61,418 bases of DNA, taken from Trichoplax sp. H2 (Eukaryota). The notes below the pieces were generated by a model that had not been told where the DNA came from, made no database searches, and worked only from the letters and a program-made list of their open reading frames with translations. This document shows, in pieces, positions 1 to 20,000 of this stretch (positions within the stretch are counted from its first letter, which is position 1; each line of letters opens with the position of its first letter). The stretch spans positions 1 to 61,418 of the forward strand of contig NOWV01000292.1 of NCBI GenBank assembly GCA_003344405.1, in the 5' to 3' direction. Both the position numbers and the translations under genes were made by a program.

Positions 1-399
1 AAATGAAAGATTGCCATACAGTACGGCATCGTAGCACTGTTCTGATAGCAGCTCATATTACTACATTCATTTCGTGTAATCCCTGCTTGTACAGTCAAGA
101 TGATTCGCATGTCTCATGGCAGTGGCACGAGATATCGATTCATAATATAGTATAAAGTAATATAAAATAAAGTGTCAAAAGTACAACAACAATACGCGAA
201 AGATCACCACCGATGGGTCCACGAATAAAATGTGAATAAAAGGGCAATACAGTACAGTATACAGGCACTGCCGTGGGTTTTATCCATGTTCATTAAAACA
301 TTTGCATCAAATGCTCATCCTATTTTACAGTAGAGCAGAGCAATGGACTGCTAAATCTCTTTCGTAAGCAAGAACTCAATCCCCAATTTTCATTTATAC

Positions 400-575
400 A
401 GAGAAATTGCGATTCAGTAATCGCTATCCCTTGTCGGCTCGGCTCTTCTTTAGCAGCCATACTAAAATTTAGAGGTTGTCCAAATCACTGAAAATGTCCG
501 CTTATAGTTTGCTTGATTTATTCTATAATTATACCAATCGCTATTGCTTACGTTGGGTTGTTTGATGCATCACAT
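400..575 (-). other. Possible 5' end of an unidentified gene divergent from EXOC3
   Basis: On the minus strand a GTAAG donor (551) and a TTTTAG acceptor (462) bound a typical 90-nt intron, followed by T-ATG at 460 opening MAAKEEPSRQGIAITESQFL. I could not join downstream exons or recognise the product. Confidence 0.3.
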
Positions 576-594
576 TGTGTAGTTTAAAACCAGA

Positions 595-715
595 GTACAG
601 TACTGCACTGTATAGTACAATATGGACTAGGAATGTGTACAGTGTACAGTGCACAGTAGTCGCTTTAGAATGTACAGTACATTATACTGTAGCAAACTGG
701 ACTCCAGCCCAGTAC
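595..715. repeat. Degenerate TACAG/CTGTA palindromic microsatellite tract upstream of EXOC3
   Basis: Dense GTACAGTACTG, TGTACAGTGTACAGTG and TGTACAGTAC units ending about 50 bp before the ATG at 766. Confidence 0.8.
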
Positions 716-765
716 TCCTTCGCCTTCAACATTTCAACGTCTCCACTTGCCAGCCCGTCATAAAC

Positions 766-3700
766 ATGGAGCAAACTTCTTCTGAAGCTGCCGAAAACGC
801 TATAAAATATGTAGCCAGTTTACTTAGAGTAAGGAAAGATATTGAATATTGATTCTCGTACTCATATTGAAATAAGTTAATGTACTACATGAACTATCAA
901 TGTTGACAAGCTCTCAGCAATTACAGTAATGCTAAATTCAGTAGCACCCACTAAACACGAACCAGTACATTGATAGACTTATTTTATAACCTTGTTAAAA
1001 CTAGAGGCCCGACGAGCTAGACTTGCTTGATCGTCATTTTAGGACTGCCTTAAGGAAAAAGGTTATTACTACTCTCTTTCATTAATTCGTTATATATCAT
1101 AGAGTAAAGGTGAATTGTAATGATAGCGCATACACAAGATTCGACGTGGCTACAACGACTGCTGGAGCAATCCTTGTATACGTCCTTGTGCTCAAGTTTT
1201 ACATATTCAATGCTTTTTATTATTAATGTCAAGAAATGGGCGTTGATTCTATATTTACAGACAACTTTGGAATCTAGATTAAAAGCTGCTGTGCAAACAC
1301 AATTGGATGATGCCCAGCAAGGATTAGGCACTTTACAAAGGTTTGCAAATAGTAGCTTACCTAACTTTTAGCAGAGATCAACAATATCTAACAATTGTAT
1401 TAACTGCCTTGTTTTCTTTTCAATCTTTTCGCCCTGCAAACACTGCGAATTTCTAAATTACTAAATTAGTACCGTCGATGATGTCCAATCCATTCGCGAT
1501 AGGTATTCATCATTTTCCATACACCGAACAATTTCTCATACTTTCATTTCTTGTGGCGTTTATTGACATATCTTCGATGAAACAGTAGTACTCAAATGAT
1601 AATAATTGCGCTATTTATCAGCTTTTTAGATATTGATAACTTATATGGCAAGTGCATAGCAGTTGACAGCAAATTAATCGATATCAAATTGATAACCAGC
1701 CAACATTTGCAGGTGAATGAACTTCCTTTTTAATATGGCAAGACTGAACTTACTATAATACTTTACTACATAAGCTAGCGACTTGGGACAGGATATAAAT
1801 CATATCGATCTATCTTTGCTCCATAAAGTTCGATATTCCTAATATAAATCGATCTCAATGATAATATAAACACATGTATTGGATGGCATTGATCATACCG
1901 TATGTTAAATTTTAGTTATCGGCTGCCAAAGATCATCTCAATTATATTTTTGCATTGCCGGAAAGTATTGAAAGAACACAGGCGCTTATTAACGATGGCC
2001 GACTACTAGAAGCTCACAAGAGGTCTGCCCTTATAATATATAATTATTACACAATATTTTTAGAACGCAACTTCGTGCGTCATTCTAATATCATGAACTG
2101 ATTATATGCATCTTCATATATATTTTCTACTGTACTTTATTGATCATGTTAACCTATAGACTAGTAGAACTTGAGAGAGCTAGAGATGAACTTCTGTTTG
2201 AAGTTCATAAGTTACCAGAGCATACCGAGCTAGATAAACAAGTAAGTGATTTCACAATTAAAGTTTCTACACAATTACCATTTTTGTAAGGGATAGTATT
2301 TAGAGATAACATTTTCATATTACATTTACTTCTCCTAATTAAAATTTAACAGATACTTGAAAGCAATCATGAATTCGATATTGTATTGTCTTATATTTCG
2401 AATAGATCATGCCAATTAAAACTTAATTTCTTTACGTAGGTAATAATGGATTATTTTTCTAAAATTGCTCCCTTATCGGTAAGAATATCCTATCCAAAAT
2501 TTTTTATATTGTCATATCATTGAGTCGTGTAGAATATACTTATAATCGGTACTATTTATCAGACCAAACTGTCAAAACAACTATGGGTCGTTTTACAAAG
2601 AGCATTAAATATTGTAAGAACTGAATCTGCTCTTCTAGTAACAGCGTTACGCATTATTGAACGAGAAGAAAGGTAACAAATGATCATAATATTAGCATAA
2701 TAACTTATAAACTAAAGATAGCATGTTTCAAATCGTTATTATTATATTATACAGTATGCAATTTCGTATATAATTAGTTACTTAAATTAATTTTTGCATT
2801 ATGCAAAGTGAAAGTATCCCATAATATCAAATTAGATCTGACAGAAAAGCTGTTGAAAAGGAAAAGGATAGTGGATTCTGTCCTCCTGATAGACCAAAGT
2901 GTTATCGAAAGAAAGCTCTTGAAGTTTTAGAAAAATCCGTACGGGACAGGTCTATAAATATCTCTAAAATTTTACTATCTAGTTGCTACAGATCAAATAA
3001 TTTCTTAAAATTGAAATCTATATTTGCAATTGAAGGTTTGAATTTCATCAAGCTGAAATGAGGGAAGAAAATAGTACCTGGCTTATAAAATTTCTCGAAC
3101 AAACAAGAAAATCTATGATCGAAGATCTTATCGTTGTTAAGGTAAATACAGTAATTAAGTTTATCGATAATGTCATCATGTAGAGCTTTTCTTCTTTGTA
3201 AATTTTATCGAAATTTTCATAACTTAATTGTACGGATTTCTCTAGAAATATTGCATTCCAGCTTTTCCAGCTTCATATAACATTCTCCAGTTATATGTTA
3301 AACTCTACCACAATGAGCTGTCATCAACGGTGACTTAACATCGACTTTTGATTTACTGCAATAATAGCTAAAAATTGCTGATTTTACATGTTGCCTTCAA
3401 TAGCTAAATTCCTTATCTCATGAGCAATTAAAAGCCAATGATATTGCTAGCTTGCTGACATGGAGCAAAAAGTATAGGTAATACCAAACGCACGTCGACA
3501 TCAATCTTACTTGTAATTTATTAGTGGCTGCACTGTTAATGGTGTATTTTACGTCATTTGTATTAGCGGAGCTGAATTCATGATGCACCCATCGTTAGAA
3601 ATAGATGTGTCTCACCTTGGACCCTTGATAAATTCCATGGCAGAAGACGTCTTATTAAAGAAGTAAATCATAAAGCAGTTTAATAGATTCTTAGGATATA

Positions 3701-6284
3701 CATTTGCCATTAACTTTTAATCCTGTTTACTTTGCTTTATTATCATATAAGATATACTTCAACAATGCGAGCAAATATAAAGGAATGGATGTCAAATCTG
3801 TTAAAAGCAGATATGAAAGTTCGTTGAGAACACGTCTATTTGGATGCTACATTATTGTGATCGGATGGGTTACTGATCTTTGTGAAATATTTTTACTATC
3901 AGGACTGGACTAGTTCAAAGATGCCAATCTCTGATGCAGAAAACTGTTTACAAACAACATTACCGATCGATTTATATCAGATGTTAGACCAAAACGTTCG
4001 TAATGTATTATCCAAAGAAAATAATATTAAGAGTCTCTCCATAGTATATCTACACCATCGTTTTAATTCTTCATTAAATTTATAATAGTTGTCTGTTGCC
4101 TCTGTTCCTGGACAAAATGTAAAGCTTAAGGTATAAAAATTGCATAAATTTATTGACTACACTTTGCTACAGACTACTAGAGGAAACCTAAGGGTTTCTT
4201 CTAGTAGTCCATACTTTGACCTGATTAGTTACAGTTCATTTTGATCAAAAATAGGCTCTCCATGTATGCATGTTAGAATCCAGCACCTTTTTGTACGATT
4301 ATCGAGGTAAATTGTACTATGATAGTGTTAGGTGCATCGTGATAATAACACAAGATTATGATTTTGGCTTCAGCTGCGGTAAATAATTACCGCGATAGGC
4401 ATATGGAAGAAAGAACGGAACCACCAAACTATGTATATTATATGGTATGTTCACTTATACATTTACTGGCAGCATGATGGTAACTTAGCTAGTATACTAG
4501 TCGATGTATATATTATACAGTAGTTAGATGCCACCAACTAAGTAGAACCTTAAAATCTTCCAGATCTCTATCGTCAATAATTGTAACATCATTGATACTC
4601 TAAGCGATGGTTTACTGGTGAGATTTTCTATTCTTATATAATATTGCTAAGCTTTTTGTTCCTCTGTACTATAAATTTTATTTCACACTACTGTATAATT
4701 TTAATGAAATCTTATCATAGGAAAGAGTGAATGATGAATTTGGTAAGGGTTGGCATTCAAGCGATACTGAGACGCTTAAGCTTTTCGATACCAATAAGGA
4801 CTTACTTTTTAGACTCTCACTCTTAACGTAAGAATGCATGTTTTAGTTATGTATTTGAAAATACTATTTAGGCGACCAGTGTAAATTATGCTTATAATTT
4901 AGAAACTTATTGTATACCATGATATCATGACTTTAGAATCGATTATTTGATTGATGAAGTTTTTTACGATCTGGAGAGCCATTTTAACGGGTTGTTAACA
5001 AGAAAATGGTAAGTCTTCTTATTGGTTGATTTCTGTTCCATATGGGATCTTTACTGCGAAAGTAATAACTGCGGATTTCATTAGGTTAACTTCATCAACG
5101 GCAATGGATACAATCATAGTAACAATTGAAGATTATGGTGCCGATTTTAAATATCTACGAAAAATGTAGTTAAAGTCTTTCAGAGACAACAAATTTTTCT
5201 TCAGTATTTTTATGCTTCTATTAAATATCAATGTAAAAATAACGTTTACTTTCGAAATAAATTGTGAATATGAACTAGGTATTATAATCAATTAATGGCA
5301 AGAATGGTGAAAAGGCTGATAAAAGAATACGTCACTGCAATTGTTCACAAGTTTGTGCTTAGCAGTACAAGACAAAATGAGTCATTTAACCTAAACTGCG
5401 ATACTTAAATGATGCTGTGATATATCGACAAAAATTTTTTAATAGTTTTTCATATTTTAATTTATAAAGGAGAATAGTGTTTAAGCAGTATGATGAAAGA
5501 AGGCAAGGTGCGGAAAAAATTGGAAAGGAAGCAAATGATATCGAGCGATTATTTACGAAATCTTTATCCGATTCGAATGTATGGTTTGCAATTATTCTTA
5601 AAATTGTAATACACTATTATATAGTGTCTAATAGTAAAAATTTATTTATATGGAGGATTCATATACAGTATAAGTATACTAATGAGTATAGCATGATAAA
5701 ATATTGTCGACAGTTAAGCTAGTTTCCGTTTCTAATTTTGGAAATATATAGGATTTTTGTTGGAAGGTGTTACATTCCCTTGCCGATGTTATTAAACTAA
5801 AGGATACTACAATGCTATGCCTAGAAATTAGGGTAAATTATATAATTGCTGAGATTTTAATACCGACAACCTGAATTATAAGCAATGGTAGAATTTGAAT
5901 ATAATCTCATAAGCGTATGAGTATAGTAGTACTAGTTGGCTTCGCGCTTGGACTCTACTTATTTATGTGCTACTAATTTCTACTTTTTAGGGATTAGTAA
6001 TGTCCTTTCCTGACATTAGAACTGAACATATCCAAGCATTATTAGCACTCCGTGGTGATCTAAAAAATAGTGATATCAAACAGGTTAGGCAAAACAGTAT
6101 GCTTGAAGTCATTTTTCTGTTCGACCATTTAGCCGTAATCCTAATGTTTATTTTAATTTGTTTACTACTCACAACATAGATTATCCAAGATTCCGACCTT
6201 GACAGTCGCGGTTCTACTAATACAGGAGAGACTGGAATCTTTAAAGATATAGTAGTGCCAAGTTTATCGTTATTTGGCAAATAA
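766..6284 (+). CDS. EXOC3: Exocyst complex component 3 (Sec6), 28 coding exons
   Basis: Spliced frame traced through GT-AG introns: exon 1 766-828 MEQTSSEAAENAIKYVASLLR, exon 2 1005-1061 RPDELDLLDRHFRTALRKK, exon 3 1261-1340 TTLESRLKAAVQTQLD, later LSKQLWVVLQRAL...ALRIIEREE and GFCPPDRPK, last exon 6180-6284 (TAA 6282-6284). Matches recalled human EXOC3 (RPDQL, EARLKAAIQSQLD, LAKQLWMVLQR, VRIIEREE, GFVPPGRPK). Confidence 0.95.
4172..4209. repeat. 38-bp intronic hairpin with GACTACTA termini, possibly a minimal relative of the 39.5-kb fold-back element
   Basis: GACTACTAGAGGAAACC-TAAG-GGTTTCTTCTAGTAGTC forms a 17-bp stem with one G-T pair. ACTTTG occurs on both flanks (4161-4166, 4213-4218). 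Confidence 0.7.
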
Positions 6285-7226
6285 ATGAACTTAATCCCAT
6301 CCACATTCAGTAACACCGTATTTGATTAATATGTTCTAGACACAAGATACCCTCCTCCAGATTACATATTTGATGGAGATTACTACAATTTTTATTGACT
6401 ATCAAATAATCATGTACATTATATTCATTTAACCGTTTTACAAGTTGATTTATATAACCGCTGTACATATGCCACAGGTTTGCTTATTAAATAAATGTGC
6501 ACAGTTATTACAAAAAAATAGTATTAAGTTTCATTCAAAATGATAACTTCTGGAACAAGAAATTTTAGTACAAAATATCTAAAACGATTGAGAATATAGC
6601 AACAAGAACAACTTATTCCAAATATAGATTCTGAAGTTACATGGATACTGCAGGATACTTTAAGCCGATGATACAATCCTGAATTTTTTATCATTTTTAC
6701 TTCCTAGCAATATCATTCAATTGTTGGTCTTTATAGAGAAAATATCTTACATAGATGTTTAGCTATTAACAACATATAACATACGTACATCCTATAGTAT
6801 ATAACAAACTTCAGAGCAATTAAAAGCAATGCATGTTATCTAATATAGTCCAGCAGAGTGTACGACGTATAATACTCGTATATGAAAATTTATTGATGGT
6901 ATTCTGTCATTAATACCTTATTATTGAGCAAGTTCTTCAAGCCGCTAAGCGCAATATCAGTGCATCCTGTATGAATACCGCATCTTTTCACTATACTTAT
7001 AACTACGTAAAGGTCAGCCTAAGTGCTTATAATTATTTACTGCATATTTAGCCGAGAACTACATAATAATATTTACCAAGTATTTCAATTTCAATTTAAA
7101 TACTTTAATTCTCAATAATCGCTAACATACCTTTCCATTAACTAAAATAGAAGCGCTTAAAACAACTATCTACTTTTCGAAGTTAGTAATGTAATATTCG
7201 CATAATAATAATTATTTTGTCATTGT

Positions 7227-8623
7227 CTATAGTCTTCTGCCATTGATATCATATTTGTATTTGGTAGCTGCTACCTTGGCATTATGCTTCCTGATAAGCT
7301 TAATCAGATCAGGGTCATTTTCAATGGTTACCGATCTCCTTGGTTTCGTAGAAATACTTTTGGAAGGCTTATCAGTAGACTAGATGATAAGAAGCAAGAA
7401 TAGCAGTTAAACATGTGGTACAGTATGACTGGCAGAATAGATACGTAAACATAAATTTTATTTACTGATCGAGTATAAGATATTTTAAATACGGCATTAA
7501 TGTGTAAATTATTGAGTTTAGCATATTTCTTCTAACCTTAGATATACTCGTTTTCTTTATTGAGGATCTTAAATCGGCATTTTTAACATTTCCTTTAGTG
7601 CTAACGCATTTTGATCTCAAGGCCATTGTAGGTACAGATGCTTTTTCACAATTAGACATTCGCACGCTAGAAAGGGGTGACGATTTACAGGTAGAAAAGA
7701 TGTTAAAGCGTGTAGATCGACGAGATTCCTTTTTATAAATGCTAGCTTGTTTAGCTGTTAAAGGAGAATTGCCTTGAGTATCGCTTTTTTTGAAAGTAAG
7801 ACTCGGCTTGACTACTCTAGCTGGCGGTGAATTCGTGGAGGAGGCATCGATTTCTAAAGAATTCAATTTCTTTGCTAAGAAAGGTGATCGACGTGGTGTA
7901 GTAGAATCCGACAGCACAGGATGAACTGGCTTTTCCATGTTATCGGTGGTAGTTACGTGATCTTGCTGTTGAAGTAACTTGTCGGTAAGTATAGAATTAG
8001 ATTTTAACGTTGCTGCTTGACAACTTTGTTCAGATGCTATTTCTGTCAACAGTCGTTGATTTTTTTCCATTCTATTTGTGACAGTAAATCTATTCATTTT
8101 CTGTTTTTGCTTTAAAACTAATCGACTTATTGGACTGTGGCAATAAATACTGCGCCGCTTCCCCTTTTTGCTCTTGTTGTTTTTACTTTCTGGTGATTGA
8201 GGCTTTTCGTGTGATGGATGTGCTATAGAAAACCATTCGGAAGTGTCCCTGATATCGTGCAGTAAAATACGTGTAAATAAAGGCAATAGAATAATAGACA
8301 AATTCTAAACTGTTATATCTGCTAACAGTAAGTTATAACCAATCTGTATGGTAGTTTATCGCAGGTAGTAATATTACAATACAGGAAGCATATCAGATAT
8401 ACAAGATCAGTTAGTGATATACATACAACAAGTATAAGAAGTTCAGAAGGTAATGCTGTACCAATGTCATACTTTACGTATTCTACTTTTTATTTTCACC
8501 TTGTTGGTGACTCAGCAACCTGTTGTAACCTTTATCATTACAAGAGACTTACAAATCATCTTCCTCCTTCCAATCATTAAGATCAGCCCACTGAGGAGCA
8601 TCAAACTCGTAATCATATTCCAT
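7227..8623 (-). CDS. 311-aa protein with N-terminal TPX2-like Aurora-A-binding motif and basic Ser/Lys-rich body, 3 exons
   Basis: Exons 8623-8553 (MEYDYEFDAPQWADLNDWKEEDD, GTAAGT donor), 8248-7537 (L-DTSEWFSIAHPSHE...KKTSISK) and 7379-7227 (STDKPS...DPDLIKLIRKHNAKVAATKYKYDINGRRL*). Phases fit: 71+712+153=936 nt. YEFDAP...WF resembles human TPX2 YSYDAP...WF. Confidence 0.75.
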
Positions 8624-9056
8624 CTTAGATGGAAAAGATGGTGAGTGATGGGACATTGATGTTGCGTCCAGTGCTTAATAAGTCTATCTAGTCAACAATC
8701 AGCTTGTCATACAAAATGGCCAACGTCTATGACTTGTGCAGTTTTTTCGTATGCTGTAGCACGTCTGGTGCTGTTGATGATTTACATGCCAATATCGAAA
8801 TGAATCAACATCAAAGTCGATGAAAATAAACTTATGATGACAACTTGGCTAGCAGCGTTTTTAAAATTCACCACGAATAACAATCTTGATTTCAAAATTA
8901 ATCAATCTTCAATCTTTTAGGCATCTATGCTGCAACTTTGCCGCCGATGCCAAGAATGCTATAGTCTATTTCCCCTCAACAAGAATTAGTTTTGCAGCTT
9001 CTTCCTTTTGCCTAAAATGGAGATGCAGCGGTTGATTTCAAATTTGGCCAGACGAT

Positions 9057-9280
9057 ATTGTACAGTACCACGGTACAGTACTGGAAATGCAGAGTACAGC
9101 GTACTGTACACTGTACAGTACTGATAACTACTCAGTACTGTACAGTACTGTACATGAGGGTACAGTGTACAATGCAGAGGTCTACAATACGCTGTACTGT
9201 ACACTGTAGCCCGTAGTCAGTGCAGTACAGTGTACAGTGTACAGTACGTAGACTATTACCAGTGTTATGTACTGTACGCT
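9057..9280. repeat. TACAG/CTGTA palindromic tract between the divergent TPX2-like gene and PRPF6
   Basis: Units such as GTACTGTACACTGTACAGTACTG, CAGTACTGTACAGTACTGTAC and (TACAGTG)3. Confidence 0.85.
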
Positions 9281-9474
9281 GTCGAACAGAAAATCCGAGG
9301 AGAAATGACGGATAATGGACTGTTCCATACAGTAGCTAATGGGCAGGATATTTTATTTCGATGATCTTGCATTAACTCAGCCAGTGTATCCAGCCATATT
9401 GAATTATGACGTTGAGACTTCGTCACTCCATTGCTGTACGACGCGACTTCACTCAACGCTAACCCATTGCCAAC

Positions 9475-16370
<6,896 letters not shown>

Positions 16371-16939
16371 GAAAAAGGCAATTGAAATGAGTCCGTACCT
16401 TTACTTGTAATTATAATACTGTATCAAATATTTAATATTTCATTACGTATACATATACGTACGTAGTTAAGTTACAAGATACAGTACCTATCTACTGTAT
16501 AGTTAAGTATGTGGTATTAAAATTATCATTAGTATCTAGCGTACACTTGTGTTTATATTTAGTGTCGTTGTTAAGGTTTGTGCTCTATCAATTTGTTTCT
16601 CATCCATTAGCTACTAATTATCAATATTGACTTATTTCATCATGGCAGTTAGCGTATCGTATTAATGATATCAAGAATAAATACTATATTGTATAGCATA
16701 ATTAAACCCTCAAACTAAATAAGAGCTAAATATAGTCATTCATGATCTTTTAAATCCACTTAACCATCTTATTGGCTTATTTTTTAAGTTTTTGACAAAG
16801 AATAAATTACATCATCTGATCTTGATTCCGTTGTATGTACTGCTTAATTTATAATTTCACAAACTTTCTCATTAAGAGTAAAATTGCAAGTGTGATATGC
16901 TGGCGAAGAAGCCAAAAGGCCTGACCTCGAAAAAGTATC

Positions 16940-17081
16940 GATGGAGAAGCTTCAGTGATATCTCCTTAAATTTACTTTAGATCGGGAAATAGTTATCATA
17001 AGCACTGCTTAGATACGGGGAAGCTTACATGTTACCTTCTTAAATTTACTTCAGATAAGGAAATGGTTATTTCAAGTACTG
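16940..17081. repeat. Degenerate two-copy tandem duplication (~72-75 bp unit)
   Basis: GAAGCTT...CTTAAATTTACTTTAGATCGGGAAATAGTTAT...AAGCACTG repeats as GAAGCTT...CTTAAATTTACTTCAGATAAGGAAATGGTTAT...AAGTACTG. Confidence 0.7.
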
Positions 17082-20000
17082 GGCAGTCACTGACGATTAG
17101 CAATAATTTTTAATTAGTTTCGAATGACATTGTATCCTAGTAGATTATGAAGGCTTAATTATTATAATCCATTCAAGACTTGACAAAACCAGACGGAGTT
17201 GTTTATCAAGATTTGACCGGATATATTGCGTTAATGACTGCTAATTAAAATGTCTGGCTAACTCATCAATGTAATTGGCGTCTGATTATATCAAATCTAT
17301 AGTTGATGATGAGCAGCAATCATTGTCTCAAGCTATATTTTACTACGCATAATATAATATCCATTATAAAGTTTTCACTGTAAAACTTATTAAATTATTG
17401 ATCCAGCGATCAAGGGTAAGATATACGAGTACTAGTAACCTGTTCAAACAACCGATATCAAGCAGCCTGATGACAATTTTACATCCAGGGCTGCTAGTCA
17501 ATCGTTGGAAAGTATACTGCTAATTAGTTATTTGCTATGGACAAATTACGGGAAAATATGCTAACAAATTGATACTGCATCTTGTTTCGAAAACGACTTG
17601 GTCACGACAAAGGACCTCGTCCCCTATTGTTCCTTCTTTTATCTTGCCAATCAACTTTTTAATAGAATGAGTAACGCTTTCCGCGATCCTGATATATAAC
17701 GTTATAGAAAATAGATTTTAGCATTAGCACTTTACAAAAGTAAAAATAACCAGTTATTTATTAGGTATTATACTAATGTCAAACTTATTCTAATTAATAA
17801 GTAATAAATGAGTCTTTTAACATCATTCTATCGTAACCTATTGTATATGCATCATATTATCATGTCTAAAATTCTACATTGCCTTTTTACGTCATACTCA
17901 AAACGAAAATGGCTAGAATATTCTTTGTTGAATAATTGTAAAATTGTAAAAATATTATAAATCTGCCATCTTAACGGTAGTTTATAAATTGAATGATTGA
18001 GCTCATGTGTTTATTGGAATTGTCACATTCGCTTACATTAGATTTATTTAGAGCTTTACTATAATTTACGGTAAATAGTATAAAGGTTCTTCAATACAAT
18101 ATTTATTTGATCAGCTAATATGGATTAAATTAATTATCGACATTAGATATGAATTGATATTCAATGTAGCGTACTAAACGTTCAATTGGCTTATTCACCT
18201 TCAAAATGTGAAATCAGAAAGTAGAATTGCATTATTTCAAGATAAAGATTAGTAAGCAGAAATTAATTATTGATCAATCGTTTCATAAATATTGAATAGC
18301 TTACCCTTCGTATGCCGCCCTTCAAGATTATCGAATACAATGCATTAAGTTACAACATTTAAAATAATAGGCCAGGTATAGAAGACAACTGTGAAATTAT
18401 GCCACATACAAAAGAGCTTTAGAATTCAGCTTCAGCGTATTCTATATCATTTCAGCTAATAATTTATGATCATTAATAATATTACTGGAATCGTTGACTA
18501 AGCTAAGCTTTCATTAGAAGCATCTCCATAGGTAATGTAGTTGAATAGACTTGCTTCCTAGATTTAATCAATTAATGAGAATATTATCAATTGTATGAAA
18601 ATGACCAAAAAAATAAAATCTGTTGATGGACGATTCGATCTTTCATTGCCAAACCATTAATGAAACTTGGGCTGTTATTAGGCTCGATATTAGATGCTGC
18701 TTAATTATTATTTGATAGCATGAAAAAAAACTGCCGGAAAAATAATTAGAGACATCCAGTAGATAGCACAATCATCATTATATGATTTATGAATTGTTTT
18801 TACGCAGTCAAGTCAAAATTAGTTATTAAGCCAACTGTTTGCCTTTAAGTCGATGTAAGATAAAATGTAAACAAACTTATCCTCCTATTTCTGTCTCTTG
18901 GAATTCTATAACAACTTATCAAATCCAAGATAAATATAGAAAGGTTGAGAAATTATTAATTGAAAAGAAAATGATCATTCTATCAAGAACTCTTCTAAGG
19001 TTGAATTTTTTTTTCATTTTCAATTTTTTGACTGAACATTCTTGGAATTAAATATTGACAGTAGATCATTTTTTTCATTTCTCTGAAGAATAACTATTTT
19101 AAGTCCTCAATGATGCGATATACTGTCTTTATTCTAAGCAGCCTATCGTTGAAAGTGTATAAAGGAGAAATATAATTATTATGAGTATCAATATGATTTA
19201 TCCTTAGTGTGGCTAAATCATTAAATAGAGTTGAAAAAGAGGCTGTTTAGGCTATCACGTCTACCGCTTACCATCAATCAAGCGGGTAAAGCGTGCCGAG
19301 GTCATTTTTTTTCTAATACTAAACATTCAAACACTTGTCTCCAACGATTTTTGAGCTATGTCAAGCATGGAAAGAAAAATTTTGACTTTCAATTGCAAAC
19401 TTTCAAAGAAGTTTTTACAATTTTGAATATTAAATTATTGCAAATTGATATCGTCGAATATTATTTCAATGGATAATGATTATAAAATTAGAATTGCCAT
19501 TTTCATTGGCATGAATAGCTAGTGTCAATCACAACGAGTGGGCTGTAGTATTGCCATAGCAAAGAGACATAACCTTAAGTCATCCTTGACGTCATCATAG
19601 CATATGAAGCGTTTGTATGTGACTCCATCAAGAGTCAAGTGGAGTGAGTTGTCGCTTGTCAACTGCATTCAAGCTAGGACTAGTAAATTAACCTTCCGTA
19701 TATTAGCCTGTATCATCCATAATAATAAGTCAGTTGATCCAAGCATAGGAGAAGGTTAATAGGAGTTGTTGACGTGATCCTAAATACTAAATTGAAACAT
19801 TAAACTAATTATTGACTTAGTGGCTGTCATTGTAAATTTTATTTTTTATTTTTTTCAAAGCTTTTGGTGACCTTTTATGACTTGCTCAAATGGATGCTAG
19901 CAATCATTTTAACGAGCAACAAGAATACGAGAGGAATAGTAGTAGAAAAGTAATACCTTGTAGACGGTACAATAACTACTGTAGAATGAAAAATGAAAGA

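Noticed and set aside
319..400. In-frame TGA made by splicing 400 to 319 as possible selenocysteine
   Set aside because: A second TGA follows immediately, there is no selenoprotein similarity, and the splice choice is unsupported.
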